Shown here in pieces: positions 1-12,384 of a DNA stretch of 64,000 nt. The notes beneath the pieces are model-generated. The model saw only the letters and a program-made list of their open reading frames with translations, ran no database searches and was not told the DNA's origin. Positions within the stretch are counted from its first letter, which is position 1. The number at the start of each line of letters is the position of its first letter. The stretch comes from a virus. Its lineage: Duplodnaviria > Caudoviricetes. The stretch is taken from the IMG/VR virus record IMGVR_UViG_3300031992_000031, positions 1-64,000 of that record. The stretch is one strand, 5' to 3'. The translations under genes and the position numbers were made by a program.

Positions 1-35
1 CATAAATCTGAATCCTGGGCAAAAACTGAATGATA

Positions 36-65
36 TATGGCGGCAGAAATGCCGCCATATTTTTT
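36..65 (+). terminator. Intrinsic terminator
   Basis: ATATGGCGGCA-GAAA-TGCCGCCATAT hairpin followed by a T run. Confidence 0.8.
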
Positions 66-67
66 AT

Positions 68-96
68 TTGACATTTTATCTAATTTCATATATAAT
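68..96 (+). promoter_or_regulatory. Sigma-A/70 promoter
   Basis: TTGACA-17-TATAAT upstream of GGAGG RBS and ORF 126. Confidence 0.8.
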
Positions 97-125
97 ATTC
101 TTATAAAGAAGGAGGATTTTATCCT

Positions 126-440
126 ATGTTAACAATGTTTACAGCACTAGAAGCGCGCGCAACCGCCTATCTAGTTTCATCCGAAGATTTCTCTCTATAT
201 CAACACATAGAGGTACGCATTTTAGATAGTGTTCAACACGGTGGAACATATATTATATATGGAGGGAAGATTACACACGGAGTAATTGATGCTCTGCGCG
301 CGCTTGGTTATGAAGTAACTCGTCTTCAATATGAAGGCAAAGATGAAATGATTCGTATAGATTGGTCACGTATTATGTGCCCTGATAGTTTAATATGCCC
401 AAAAGAAATGGAGGAAAATAAAAATGCCAAAAACACTTGA
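126..440 (+). CDS. Hypothetical protein
   Basis: ORF with AAGGAGG RBS. Confidence 0.7.
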   Translation: MLTMFTALEARATAYLVSSEDFSLYQHIEVRILDSVQHGGTYIIYGGKITHGVIDALRALGYEVTRLQYEGKDEMIRIDWSRIMCPDSLICPKEMEENKNAKNT

Positions 441-624
441 AGAACTTGCTCAGATGATTGCTGTCCGTGATAACATTAGCTATAATGAAGCTTTATCGAC
501 AGTACATGATTGCGCCATTGAGATGGAGAATGCTTTTATGAGTGGGAGTTTGGACGAGGCAGAAGATATTCTTCGGGATTACCTCGGCCTTGAACCGGAT
601 TATCTTGATTTGTTTATCTTTTAA
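424..624 (+). CDS. Hypothetical phage protein
   Basis: GGAGG RBS; overlaps previous stop. Confidence 0.7.
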   Translation: MPKTLEELAQMIAVRDNISYNEALSTVHDCAIEMENAFMSGSLDEAEDILRDYLGLEPDYLDLFIF

Positions 625-638
625 TAGGAGAATTAAGT

Positions 639-1172
639 ATGAAAAAGTATTCTGTATGGTATCTCCCATATAATAAGCGTTATTTACTGACGCATCCGTG
701 GAAATGGTTCCGCTGTATTACGCAGTGTTTTCGTGACGCATGGCGGCGGTCTGTTTATGGATGGACATATGGAGATGTATGGGATTGGAATTCATGGTTT
801 CTACATACTACTCCGGACATGCTAAGATATATGGCAGACAAGGGTGCTGCTTATCCTGGAAGTGAGCCATTTACCACGCCAGAAAAATGGCATGATTGGC
901 TACATGAAATTGCTGATTTGCTTGAAACAGGTCTTGAAGAATGGCAAGACAAGCATAATGAGTATCATGATGAATATATTAAACATTTGATGGATAACTG
1001 GGAACCACCAATCAAAGATGAAAATGGTTGCCTTATCCATAAATCACGTGAGTTTACTGAGATTGATAAGAAATATTTTGCGCGAGCTAAGGAACTGAAT
1101 GAACAGGGTCAGAAAAATGTCCAGACAGCTTTAGAAAATTTAGGAAAATTTTTTTATTGTGTTTGGGATTAA
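639..1172 (+). CDS. Hypothetical Trp-rich protein
   Basis: AGGAG RBS; 177 aa ORF. Confidence 0.75.
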   Translation: MKKYSVWYLPYNKRYLLTHPWKWFRCITQCFRDAWRRSVYGWTYGDVWDWNSWFLHTTPDMLRYMADKGAAYPGSEPFTTPEKWHDWLHEIADLLETGLEEWQDKHNEYHDEYIKHLMDNWEPPIKDENGCLIHKSREFTEIDKKYFARAKELNEQGQKNVQTALENLGKFFYCVWD

Positions 1173-1184
1173 GAAGGTGATTCA

Positions 1185-1370
1185 ATGGTAGCAAAATTAT
1201 ATTATAAAAATGGCGAGTACTATTGCGGCAATTGCTATCTAAAAACCTCAGCCAAAGAAATCCCAGTATATTGCCCATTTTGCGGCTATGAGTTCTCTAA
1301 CTGGGAAGAGATTATGATTAAAAGGATGGAGGAATTAGAAAATGAAAATGACATATATAGAGAGGATTGA
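1185..1370 (+). CDS. Small zinc-ribbon protein
   Basis: CxxC...CPFCG motifs. Confidence 0.6.
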   Translation: MVAKLYYKNGEYYCGNCYLKTSAKEIPVYCPFCGYEFSNWEEIMIKRMEELENENDIYRED

Positions 1371-1563
1371 GCGTAAAACCGCGATATCCCGAAAGATGTA
1401 TTGCGCCTATTGCGGCGGACATGAATACGAAATTGTAGAGCAAGTTGAACCGGAAGTAGATTTGAAATGGTTTGTAAGATGTCCTGCGTGCGGGGCCGAG
1501 GGATATGCGGCGCCAACACGTGATATAGCAATAGGTAGATGGAAACAAAATCAGTGCGGTTAA
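1342..1563 (+). CDS. Zinc-ribbon protein, Lar (restriction alleviation)-like
   Basis: CAYCG...CPACGAEG...AIGRW pattern. Confidence 0.55.
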   Translation: MKMTYIERIERKTAISRKMYCAYCGGHEYEIVEQVEPEVDLKWFVRCPACGAEGYAAPTRDIAIGRWKQNQCG

Positions 1564-1580
1564 ATACCGCACTTTTTTTA
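1554..1580 (+). terminator. Intrinsic terminator
   Basis: GTGCGGT-TAAAT-ACCGCAC then T run. Confidence 0.75.
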
Positions 1581-1672
1581 TTTGTCTAAAATAAATACAA
1601 TTATTTTTTCTTAGGCCAATTACCTTAAAATTAGGGAATATCCCAATATATTAGATAAAAGGGGTGATGAAA

Positions 1673-4132
1673 ATGGCGTATGCAATGACAAAACGAGGTT
1701 CATTGGATAATTGCGTTACATATGAATTTATATGTGATACAATTGAAGATATGAACGCCATTGAGGATAGATATAGAACAATTGGTTCAATCGCAATTGT
1801 ATTGCAGGGAGATAATGGATTAGAAGTATATATTTCTGGTTCAGATAAATAGTGGAATTCATTAAGTTCTATCGGCGGTTCATCCGGCGCTGGATTAGCA
1901 ATACATATTTGCGGGCAAAATGAAGTTAGTGAAGGCTTACCTAATGTAAGTGAGCCAGATGAAACTACTATTTATTTAGTTCCAACAGAAGATGAACAAA
2001 GTGGAAATTTATATGATGAATATATATATGTTGATAGTAATTGGGAGAAATTTGGTAGTGGAAGTACAATAGATTTAAGTGCTTATGCCCCAATTGAAAG
2101 TCCTGTATTTACTGAAAGTATTAGTTTAGGAAGAAAAGAAAATAGTTTAGTTGGATATAAGAGTTTTGCTGTGGGACAGTCAGTTACGGCTTCTTCATCT
2201 GGGGCCCATGCTGAAGGACAAGGAACAGTAGCTTCTGGTAGTAATTCTCATGCGGAAGGCATAGATACTACTGCCTCAGAAATTGCTTCTCATGCAGAGG
2301 GGTATGGCTCGACTGATGCAACAAAAACACTTGATAATAAAACTTATAATGGTACAGGAGCACATGGATAGTATTCTCACGCAGAAGGATATTAGACATG
2401 GGCAATAGGCCATCAATCTCATTCCGAGGGTTCGTATACAATTGCTTCTGACCTAGGTGCTCATGCAGAAGGATATAATAGTACAGCATCTAATACAGGA
2501 TCACACGCTGAAGGCAGTTACACTGTTGCATCTGGCCTTTATTCTCATGCCGAAGGAAGTTCTACAGTAGCTTCTAATTCATCTTCCCATGCAGAAGGAT
2601 CGACTACTACAGCTAAAGGTTCATCTTCCCATGCAGAAGGTTTTGGCAGTACTAGTGCAACAAAAACTATTGGAAATACTACTTATACCGGCACTGGCGC
2701 GCATGGAAGCTATTCTCATTCTGAAGGATATCAAACATGGGCGATAGGTGATGGAGCTCATGCTGAAGGACAATTCACTATAGCAAGTAATTCGGCTTGC
2801 CACGCAGAAGGAGGAAATACATAGGCTCTAGCTTAGTATACACATGCAGAAGGAAGTTATACAATTGCAAGTAGTGCTTATTCACATGCAGAGGGGAAAG
2901 GTAATAATAATTTAACAAAAACAATAAATGGTGTCTCTTATTCTGGAACCGGCGCGTATGGAGAATACTCTCATGTTGAAGGGCACGAGACTTGGACAAC
3001 GAGCGCTTGCGCGCATGCTGAAGGCGATAATACTGTTGCCTCTGGACCAGTTTCTCACGCAGAAGGGTCTGGTACAACTGCATCTGGGTCTCAATCCCAT
3101 GCAGAAGGTAACGGTACGACTGCTTCTGGAAGTTATTCACATGCGGAAGGTGGAGGAACAACTGCATCTAACCTTTACGCTCATGCAGAAGGAGCTAGTA
3201 CCAAAGCGACAAATTTTTGTGCACATGCGGAAGGTGCCAGTACAACCGCTTCTGGCACGGACTCTCACGCAGAAGGTAGTAGTACAATTGCCTCTGGTTC
3301 TAATTCTCATGCAGAAGGAATGGGAGGAACTTTTACATTAAATTCAGTACAATATACAAGTGAAGCAAAAGGTACAGCAGACCATGTTGAAGGTTATTAG
3401 TGCTTAACTGCTATCGGATAGCCTGGTAATCACGCAGAAGGATATTAGACAAGAGCAACTGGTGGTGCATCTCATGCAGAGGGCTCTGGAACTATTGCAA
3501 GTGGGACACATACTCATGCTGAAGGCAGTACAACTACTGCTTCAGGAGCGTATTCACATTCTGAAGGATACTATACAGTTGTTTCTGGAAACTATTCTCA
3601 TGTAGAAGGTAATTATGCTACTTGTTCTGGATATAGCGCTCATGCAGAAGGACAACATACTATCGCTTCTGGAGCATATGCTCATGTAGAAGGTCGGTAT
3701 GCCATTGCATCTGGAGATTATTCTCATGTAGGTGGTAGATTTAATATTGATGATGCTTTATCTAACTGGATGGCTAATACAGAATATAAAATAGGCGATA
3801 GAATAACACATGGCACTAACCAAAATTATATTTGTAAAACAGCTCATACTAGTGGAAGTACTTTTTCATCTCAATATTGGTCTTCAATTGAAGGAGAGAA
3901 AAATTATGCAGTAATAATTGGCAATGGTACTGCAGAAAATTCTCGTTCCAATGCCTATGCTCTTGATTGGGATGGTAATGAACATTTAATAGGCGATATT
4001 TACGTAGGATGTAATGCTGATTCTACTGGCGGTGTTAAATTGCCTCGTATTCCAGAACCACCCACAACCGATGGTACCTATACACTTCAAGTAGCAGTAA
4101 GTAATGGAATCCCAACTTATAGCTGGGTATAA
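1673..4132 (+). CDS. Tail fibre/adhesin with SHAEG (YadA-head-like) repeats and C-terminal CBM5/12-like module; TAG read as Gln
   Basis: ORFs 1664, 2171 and 3770 share a frame and are broken only by TAG; dozens of xSHAEG repeats; YKIGDRI...Y.CKTAHTS motif. Confidence 0.8.
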
Positions 4133-4150
4133 TAAATGGAGGCGATTGAA

Positions 4151-4426
4151 ATGTCAGCAATAATGACAAAACGTGGCAACATGGATAATGTTGTCACCTA
4201 CGAATTTGTCTGTGATACAACCGCCGATTTGAACGCAATAGAGCCCGAGTATGTGACTATGGGCTCTGTTGCTATTGTTATTCAAGGCGATAGCGGCTTT
4301 GAAGTATACATGGCAAATAGTAATAAAGAATGGATTATACTTAGCGGTAGCGGCAGTAGTAATAATAGTGAAAGTAATCCTACTGTAGATTAGGGTACCG
4401 CAGATAATATGGTATTATAGGAGTGA
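4151..4426 (+). CDS. Small virion-associated protein paralogous to N-terminus of 1673 gene; TAG=Gln
   Basis: MTKRG.(L/M)DN.VTYEF.CDT motif shared with 1673 gene; reads through two TAG to TGA. Confidence 0.7.
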
Positions 4427-4432
4427 TGAGAT

Positions 4433-4798
4433 ATGAGTTACGAACCAACAAATTGGAAGGCTGGTGACACTGTAACCAGCGCGAAACTTAATAAAATTGA
4501 ATAGGGAATCGCCGCAGGTGGCGGGATTCTAATTGCGCATCGCACAGATAGTGAAGAAACTTCTACTTTAGATAAGACTTGGCAAGAAATACATGATGCG
4601 GATGTTTGTTATATTATTTAGCGTGATGATGAATACTCTGACTGCCGTTTAGTTAGGGGAACAGATATTGACAATGGCGAATATATAGTGAGCGTTATTA
4701 ACTTTTAGCAACCTCCTCAAATTTTTGTTGCCGCTTCTTCTAGCGATTATCCTGCCTTGGATGCAAGTCCCATTATTGATCCCGGTACTACGCTATAA
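4433..4798 (+). CDS. Phage structural protein; TAG=Gln
   Basis: MSYEPTNWKAGDTVTSAKLNKIE(TAG)GI, a common phage N-terminal motif ending EQGI. Confidence 0.75.
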
Positions 4799-4828
4799 CA
4801 GTTTAAATAACGAAGGAAGTGATTCCCA

Positions 4829-6652
4829 ATGGATATAATTGATATTATGCTCGCGCGAGCCATGACTCCGCAGGGCAAAACAGAAGCCTATGTTGCCAAA
4901 GCAGAAAAGGCAGCATAGAGAGCCGCGGCCGCAGAAGCAAGCGCTGCTACCGCAATTAACACAGTAGAATCTGCTGCTGATGAGATAGCAGCCGCGCGCG
5001 AAGAGGCCGCAGCACTACTCGAAGAAGCACAGGAAACACTAGAAACCGCGCAGGAAGCATCTATTAACCTGCCAGAAGCCTATGGCACAACGGGCCAAAA
5101 TACAGATGGCTATATGACTCAAAAGGCAGTTACGGATGCTCTCGCGGCAAAAGCAGATTCTTCTACTTTAAATACTTATGTGACTATTAACGCGATGGAT
5201 ACGGCCTTAGCAGCGAAAGCAGATGCTTCTACGGCTGCGACAAAGCAATATGTAGATTAGCAAATCGCATCTATTCCTGCTAGCGGCGGAAGCGGGGCGG
5301 TCATAAATATGGACGCCGCAGACGCAAATCACTTAGTAAAAGTAGATGAAAATGGCCATTTAGTTGCTAGTGTCGCAACGGAAGAGGCTATTATTGAAGC
5401 TCTTTTACAGGCTGGCACCTATATAGCAAAAGACGCAGTTGGCCTTGATATTGACTATGCTAATCGCGCTTTCAACCGCGTACAAGAAGCTACGGGTAAA
5501 ACAATGGGCGAAGACTTTAACGCTTATACAATGTATGGCGGACGCACTCGTTGTAATGTTTCCGATAACGGCGCTATTACTGCTTTCTACGGTGACGCAA
5601 ATTATACAGAAGATGGCTCTAACGGTCAGGTAATGATTTATCAGCCAAAATTCTATTATAAGCGCATCATTCGTACCGCAGATGAATTAGTAAAAGGTAA
5701 GGCAATTCGTCACGAAACCTTAATAATTTCTCCAACTGAATAGTCTGGTTTTAAAATTGCGCCAATATTTAAAGGTGGATTAGACTATGTATTACTGCCT
5801 GCTTTCGATGCCGGATTAGTTGATGGTAAATTAACTTCTATTGCCGGCGTAAAACCAATCAATAATATTACTCGCGCAGAGGCAGAAACATACGCAAACG
5901 CTCGTGGTACTGGTTGGCATATTATGAATATGGCGGCTGAAAGCGCTAATCAAATGCTAGAAATAGTTGAATTTGGTTCTATGAATGGACAGCAATCTAT
6001 TGAATCTGGTATTACTTATATTCCAGATGGCTCCAATGGACAGTGTATGTTTATTACAGGCTCTACTTCCAGTCTAGGTAATGGTACCGGGCACGCAGAG
6101 GCCACTACGATGGATGTTAATGGTACAACTTCATAGCAAAATACCGATGGTACCCGCGCAATTAGTTATCGTGGTATGGAGAATCCTTGGGGTAATCTAT
6201 GGTCAATGATTGGCGGTGTTAATGTAGAAGGTAATGGGGTCTCTAATGGTGGAGAAATTTGGATTTGCCAAGATTTCAATTATAGCGGCGAAAATTATGA
6301 GGAAGTTGGTTTTAATTTACCTTCTCTTTATGGTTGGGTCAACGCAATGGGCTATGGCAATGAAAAATATGATTGGGTATATCTACCAATTGAATGTTCC
6401 ACTAGCGCCAATAGCTTATTACCAGTAGGCGACTACTTATGGACAGTAGCAAATCTAAATAATAAAATGATATTAGCAACTGGTGGTAGTTTTGGATTTA
6501 AAGATGAATGCGGGCCTTTCTATTACGCAGCAGACCGCACCGAGGTAACTTGTGCGCGTAATAATTACGGCGCTAAGCTTCTTTATATTCCTACTAAAAA
6601 TTCTACCTACACTGCTAATATAAACAAATGGAATATTTATATGGGAGGTTGA
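4829..6652 (+). CDS. Tail fibre/receptor-binding protein with coiled coil and C-type-lectin-like C-terminus; TAG=Gln
   Basis: ORFs 5309, 5924 and 6176 in one frame; SYRGMENPWGNLW motif. Confidence 0.75.
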
Positions 6653-6657
6653 TAATT

Positions 6658-6891
6658 ATGAAAGTAAGAAGTTCTGTTCGGCCACAAGAAGTAACCGTAA
6701 CGGCCAATTCAGTACTAGTAGCTTCTAACATCACTCCTTATGAAGAAGAAATTTATGATAGAACTAGCACAGGCTATGAATATGATTGTACTGAGTATTC
6801 CAAAGATGAATACTTAGTATTACAAACGGAAAAAGTTGCTGCGTTAGAGCAGGAGCTTCAAGCCGCGAAAATTCTATTAGGAGTTGATTGA
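6658..6891 (+). CDS. Small tail-associated protein
   Basis: GGAGG RBS; sits directly after the fibre gene. Confidence 0.65.
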   Translation: MKVRSSVRPQEVTVTANSVLVASNITPYEEEIYDRTSTGYEYDCTEYSKDEYLVLQTEKVAALEQELQAAKILLGVD

Positions 6892-6893
6892 GT

Positions 6894-7301
6894 ATGACAC
6901 TATTGGAATTAGCACAAAAACTTCGTCCTTATATTGAAAAGGCGGCCATCTCATTATCAGATGAGGACGCGCTTGAAGCGATAAATCTATTTCCGCATTG
7001 GAAAACTGGAATAGCATATGCCAAAGATACGCGCGTTACCTACAATAACATTTTATATTCCTGCTTACAGGCTCACACTTCATAGGAAAGTTGGACTCCC
7101 GAAACCGCGCCCAGTTTATGGGCAAAAGTACTAATTCCAGACCCAAATGTCATACCTGAATGGGAACAACCGGATAGTACGAATCCTTATATGAAGGGTG
7201 ATAAGGTTATGTTTAATGGGGCTGTATATGAAAGCACTATTGATAATAATGTTTGGGCGCCAGATGTTTATCCAGGTGGATGGCAAATACTTGACAATTA
7301 A
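6894..7301 (+). CDS. Carbohydrate-binding (CBM5/12-like) protein; TAG=Gln
   Basis: CLQAHTS(TAG)ESWTP...WEQPDSTNPYMKGDKV...NNVWAP motifs. Confidence 0.8.
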
Positions 7302-7320
7302 TAATTTAATATGATATAAT
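7291..7320 (+). promoter_or_regulatory. Sigma-A promoter
   Basis: TTGACA-18-TATAAT with TG extension. Confidence 0.6.
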
Positions 7321-7372
7321 ATAAATATCGTACAGGGTCGCTGCTTTGCGCCGATGGTTGTACGATAACAGT

Positions 7373-7406
7373 AAGGGGTGGCTGGTATAGCACCCCTTAT
7401 TTTTTT
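7373..7406 (+). terminator. Intrinsic terminator
   Basis: AAGGGGTG...CACCCCTT then T run. Confidence 0.75.
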
Positions 7407-7495
7407 ATACTATGTAGAAAAAATAATAATAGAAGTTAATTCCTCTTAATACTCTATAATGGAATTAAATTATTATTTTAAATGGAGGTGATATA

Positions 7496-8665
7496 ATGGC
7501 TACTGGAAGTAATTTCATGACCTCTGATGCTTCTCGAATTAGTTATGCTTTATAGGGAACAGTCGCAGCGTCAAACGTCGTGTCTGTTATGGATACAGGA
7601 CAAATAGATTGGCTTTATAATGTTTCATCGCCAGGGTTCTAGTATACCACATAGACAAATAACGGAATTCTTACATTAAATACAGGTAGTAGTTAGTATC
7701 ACCAATTAGGTTTTAGTTCAAATGGTAATATATATCACTAGACAGCTAATCAAACCACTAGTAGCGGCTGGAAAGCTCTTGTAATAGAAACGGGAACAAA
7801 TAATATAGATTCGCAAAGTGGGGTAGATCAAGATAGAACTTGGATGATACAAGTAGATGAGGCATATAGAGATGCTGACCATAATATAATTAGTGATACT
7901 TATTTAAAACTAAGTGGCGGTGTTATGACTGGACCGCTCACTATTAATACATTATTTGCGCAAAATAATGTTAGTTATGGCACCACTTTACCACTAACTC
8001 CTACTGAGGGGCAAGTTTTCTTTTAGATTAGTGACCCTTGGTATGAATTACCACCAGGAGGCGCCGCAGGATAGGCGCTAGTTAAACGCACAGCAAACGA
8101 TAGAGATGTAGAATGGGGCGCTGTTGGTGGCATTATGCGCCCAAATGCGACATCAAAATATTATGTTACTGGATCTTAGTATACTACAGAAAATACTGAC
8201 CCAGCAATTTTTAATACATAGATATATGTAGAAAATAGTGTACTAATGGGCGCGGCTTGGAATGACTATGCTGAATATCGTAAATGTAGTGAAAAGGTCG
8301 AACCTGGGCGCTGTATAGTAGAAAATGGCGATGGTTCATTATCACTTTCAACTAAACGGCTTCAATAGGGCGCAGAGATAATATCTGATACATTTGGTTT
8401 TGCTATTGGTAAAACAAACGAAAGTAATGTACCTATCGCAGTTAGCGGGCGGGTGCTTGCTTATATGAATGAAGATTTAAAAGATATAAAAATTGGCGCA
8501 CCAGTATGTTCTGGGCCAAATGGAACGGTTAGTCAAATGACAAAACATGAAGCACGAAAATATCCTTGGCTTATTATTGGAACTATTTCTTCTATTCCAC
8601 AGGAAGAAGAATGGGGTCAAAATAAAATCAAAGTAAATAATCGTGTTTGGATACGGGTGAGATAA
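7496..8665 (+). CDS. Tail fibre protein with C-terminal autoproteolytic chaperone (peptidase G2-like) domain; TAG=Gln
   Basis: ORFs 7844 and 8453 in one frame; WNDYAEYR...SDTFGFAIG...IAVSGRV motifs. Confidence 0.7.
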
Positions 8666-8666
8666 G

Positions 8667-8957
8667 ATGAAATGGCACGGAATAAGTATATATGATGGTA
8701 ATGATTTTTAGTTTACTCGTATGTTAATTTGGGATGGTACGGCTTGGAAATATGCCGACCCTAAAATATATTTAAATCGAGCTTGGAAGACGATTGGAGG
8801 CGCCTGTACTAATATGTTATGGCTGGAAGATGGAAATGGAGATTTAATATATTAGAATGGTGGGCCTTATTTAGTAAGAGAAATATGGGCATCAAAATTA
8901 TTTGATGAAAATAATGCTGAGCTTATTGATAGTTAGGATAGGATGCTTATTTGTTAA
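8667..8957 (+). CDS. Hypothetical tail protein; TAG=Gln
   Basis: Open when TAG is read through; IWDGTAWK motif. Confidence 0.6.
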
Positions 8958-8967
8958 GGAGGATATT

Positions 8968-9741
8968 ATGACACCATATAAATTAAAATATTCTGGAGAA
9001 GAAATAGATGATTTGTTAGATACTGTGAATGATATATTTGATTTAATATATCCTGTTGGCGCGATTTATATTAGCGCAAATAGTACTAATCCGGGTATAT
9101 TATTTGGCGGTACTTGGGAATAGATTTAGGATACTTTTTTATTGGCGGCTGGAAGTACGTATAGCGGTGGAAGCACAGGAGGAAGTGCGACTCACACACA
9201 TACAATGGAACATACACATACTATGGACCATACACACACTATGGCGCATACGCATACTTATGCTCATACTCATACAACTCCTGCTACAACAACAGGTAGC
9301 CATACCTTGGTTGAGCACGAAGTGCCTGCTCATACGCATACAAGAGGAACTATGAATATTACAGGCTCTACTGGTTATGTTAGTGCTAATGTGGTTTGGT
9401 CTAGTACTGCTATTGGAGCATTTACTGGATATACTAATGCTGGTGGTAGTATTACAAATGTAGCATAGAGCGGTACAGGTTCACGGTATCAATTTAATTT
9501 TGATGCGTCTAAGAACTGGACTGGCGCTACCTCGTCCTACGGCGGTAGTGGCGGACATACACATAGCCAAGTGGCGACAACTACTAATTCGCAAAGCGCA
9601 TCTACAACTTCCGCAGCCTCTAACGCTACAACATCAGCCGCATCAAATGCTACAACATCAGCTGCGTCTACATCAACAACTTCAAGTACTTCTAATCTTC
9701 CTCCTTACCTTACAGTATTTGTCTGGAAGCGTACCGCATAA
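8968..9741 (+). CDS. Baseplate/short tail fibre protein (T4 gp10 C-terminal-like) with HxH metal-binding repeats; TAG=Gln
   Basis: YPVGAIYIS...NPG.LFGGTWE(Q)I(Q)DTFLL and [15 protein letters not shown]; many HTH repeats. Confidence 0.8.
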
Positions 9742-9755
9742 AAGGAGATGATATT

Positions 9756-10361
9756 ATGCCTACATATGATTCATAGTATACCGGCTTAGAAATTGATTAG
9801 GCAGTAGCTAAGTTTTTACATATAGAAGATTAGGGTGGGGTTATTACTAGTAATGAAGTTGATGAGAAGTTGGAAGATTATTTGAGTATTACAAGTGCTG
9901 CTAGTACATATTTAAGTAAGACAGATGCGGCAAGTACATATTTAAGTAAGACAGATGCGTCAAATACATATTTAACCAAAACTAATGCGTAGTCTTCTTA
10001 TGCGCCATTAACAGGAACTGGAACAAGTGGAACTTGGCCTATTAGTATTACCGGAAGTGCTGGTTCTGTTAATTGGAATAATGTTTCTAATAAACCTATC
10101 ATTAAAAGCGGGTATAATACTTTTGCTAAAAGCGGTTCTTCTTCGTTAGGAAGTGCTACTATATACTACGCCACTGGACGAGTAAACTTTAGCAGCGCTT
10201 TTAATACAGTACCTACAGTAGTTGTATGTGCAAATGATTTAGCCGGAGGTGTTTTTGCCGCGGAAATAGATGGCGCGGTAGATAAATCGGGCTTTACTTG
10301 TTCTATTTATGGAGCTGATACTTCAACTTATGGAGTATATTGGATTGCCGTGGGAACTTAA
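9756..10361 (+). CDS. Tail fibre protein with lectin-like C-terminus; TAG=Gln
   Basis: STYLSKTDA repeats; ends F..AF..VP.VV...YWIAVG. Confidence 0.65.
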
Positions 10362-10642
10362 ATTTCAAAGTACGAAATTCAAAAAATTTCGTACTTATTT
10401 TTTTTACCTATTAAAAATTTTTACCCTGTTTTCTCTTCACTCATACCACTCTATCTTTGTAGAAGAGGTTTCATATTATTTATTAAAATAAAATTATGAA
10501 ATAACATCATATGGCCTATTAATCAATGCTAGCAGGGCTCCTTACATAAACGAATTTAATAGTTTAATAAATAATATACTAACTTTTAATACACATATTT
10601 TCCCTTAAATAATCAAAAATAATTTAAAAGGAGTGATGACCT

Positions 10643-11278
10643 ATGGGAGAAAATGGTTTATCAGCATCTGATGTTGCTCTAATGTCTCGTGATGGCGATG
10701 GTTTCAATGGAAATGGCTGGGGCGGCATGATTTGGCTATTCGCAATTCTAGCAATGATGGGCGGCGGATTCGGTTGGAACAATGGCGGCAATGGTAATGC
10801 TATTCAAGCTGATATTAATCGTGGTTTCGATAATCAGAACTTACAAGCACAGACCCGTGATATTTTAGCCGCTGTAACCGCTGGTACTGCTCAGTCTGTA
10901 GCCGCTACTAATCAAGTATATCATGATGTAGTTGGCTTCGTTGGAGACAAATACAATGAACTACAACGCGATGTAGCCGGTCTAGCAGTTGGTCAGGCTA
11001 ACCTACTAGCTCATTAGAATGAATGCTGCTGCAATTTAAGTCGTCAGATAATGCAGAATAATTATGACGCTGCTTTACGTGATGCTGCAACTAACGCAAA
11101 TATTGTAGCACAGAATCAGAAAATCTTAGATGCTATTATGGGCAATAAGATTGAAGCAATGCAGAATCGTATTAATCAGTTAGAACTCCAGAATCAACTC
11201 CAGGGTGTTGTACGTTATCCAAATGGTTGGACATACAATGCCGGCAATTCTCCTTTCTGTGGAGGATGTAATATGTAA
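10643..11278 (+). CDS. Gly/Asn-rich membrane and coiled-coil protein; TAG=Gln
   Basis: ORFs 10643 and 11051 in frame across one TAG; hydrophobic WLFAILAMMGG segment. Confidence 0.75.
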
Positions 11279-11314
11279 TTAAGAGTGTATTAAGTACACC
11301 AATATTATAAATAC

Positions 11315-11345
11315 AGGGGCGTACTTAGTACGCCCCTCTTTTTTA
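11315..11345 (+). terminator. Intrinsic terminator
   Basis: GGGGCGTAC-TTA-GTACGCCCC then T run. Confidence 0.75.
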
Positions 11346-11363
11346 TTTTAGGAGGTAATCAAT

Positions 11364-11777
11364 ATGTTACAGGTATATTCTAGTAATTTAGCCGTAGATG
11401 CTAATACCGTTTTTCCTTTCAATAATGTTGTAGTCGATAAAGGATGCGGCGAAACCCTAAGTGCGCCCGCAACAGTTCAATTAAATAAGCGTGGTATTTA
11501 TCTAGTAGAAGTAGATGGATTTGCGACCCCAGATGCTGCGACAGCAGTAACTGTTCAGCTATATGTAAATGGCGTGGCTCAGCCGCAGGCAATTTCATCT
11601 TTCACTCCAGCTTCTATTACAGATACTCGTACCTTTGGATTTAAAACCTTTGTGCGCGTGATGGAGAATAATTGCCCTTGTAACTGTTTAACCAGCCCTA
11701 CCACTATTCAATGTATGAATGGCGCGACTGCCGTAAGTGATGCCCATATCAATATGGTAATTACTCAAATTCGTTAA
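11364..11777 (+). CDS. BclA-C/C1q-like beta-sandwich protein
   Basis: 137 aa beta-rich ORF with GIYLV motif; GGAGG RBS. Confidence 0.6.
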   Translation: MLQVYSSNLAVDANTVFPFNNVVVDKGCGETLSAPATVQLNKRGIYLVEVDGFATPDAATAVTVQLYVNGVAQPQAISSFTPASITDTRTFGFKTFVRVMENNCPCNCLTSPTTIQCMNGATAVSDAHINMVITQIR

Positions 11778-11830
11778 TTTATATATTCAAGACGGGCTTT
11801 GCCCGTCTTATTTTTTTTGAGGTGATTATT

Positions 11831-12379
11831 ATGACGGTTGAAGAAATTTTTAATAAAATAGCAACTCATATGTATGAAGGGGTATGTTATCACGATTAGC
11901 TCGCGCGCATTTATGACTTCCTAGGACTATATGGCTATTCCCATTGCCATCTATATCATAGTAAAGAAGAATAGGATTCTTATCATTACTTAATTCATTA
12001 TTACTCTACTCATTATCATAAGTTATTAACAATTGCGCCGGAAAAGCATGAACTAATACCGCAATCATGGTATAAATATACTACAATGAGTGTAGATAAA
12101 AATACTCGTCAAAATGCGGTTAAAGAATACGCACAAAAATGGATTGATTGGGAACGCTCTACTAAAACCCTATATCAAGAAATGCGTAAAGAACTTTGTG
12201 AAATGGGGGAAATAGCGGCTGCGCTCCTTTTAGATAAATATATACTAGATGTCACGCATGAATTAAAACATGCTGAAAAACTTTTATTAAAACTCGAAGC
12301 TATTGGTTATGATATGCCAACCATTATTGATTGGCAAAAGCCATTAAAAGATAAATACACTAAGAAAATAGGGTGGTGA
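11831..12379 (+). CDS. Ferritin-like fold protein; TAG=Gln
   Basis: Upstream extension of ORF 12086 through TAG; helical with His/Glu motifs. Confidence 0.6.
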
Positions 12380-12384
12380 TTATT

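Noticed and set aside
4829-6652. Diversity-generating retroelement target
   Set aside because: Lectin-like C-terminus present, but no reverse transcriptase or template repeat seen in this window
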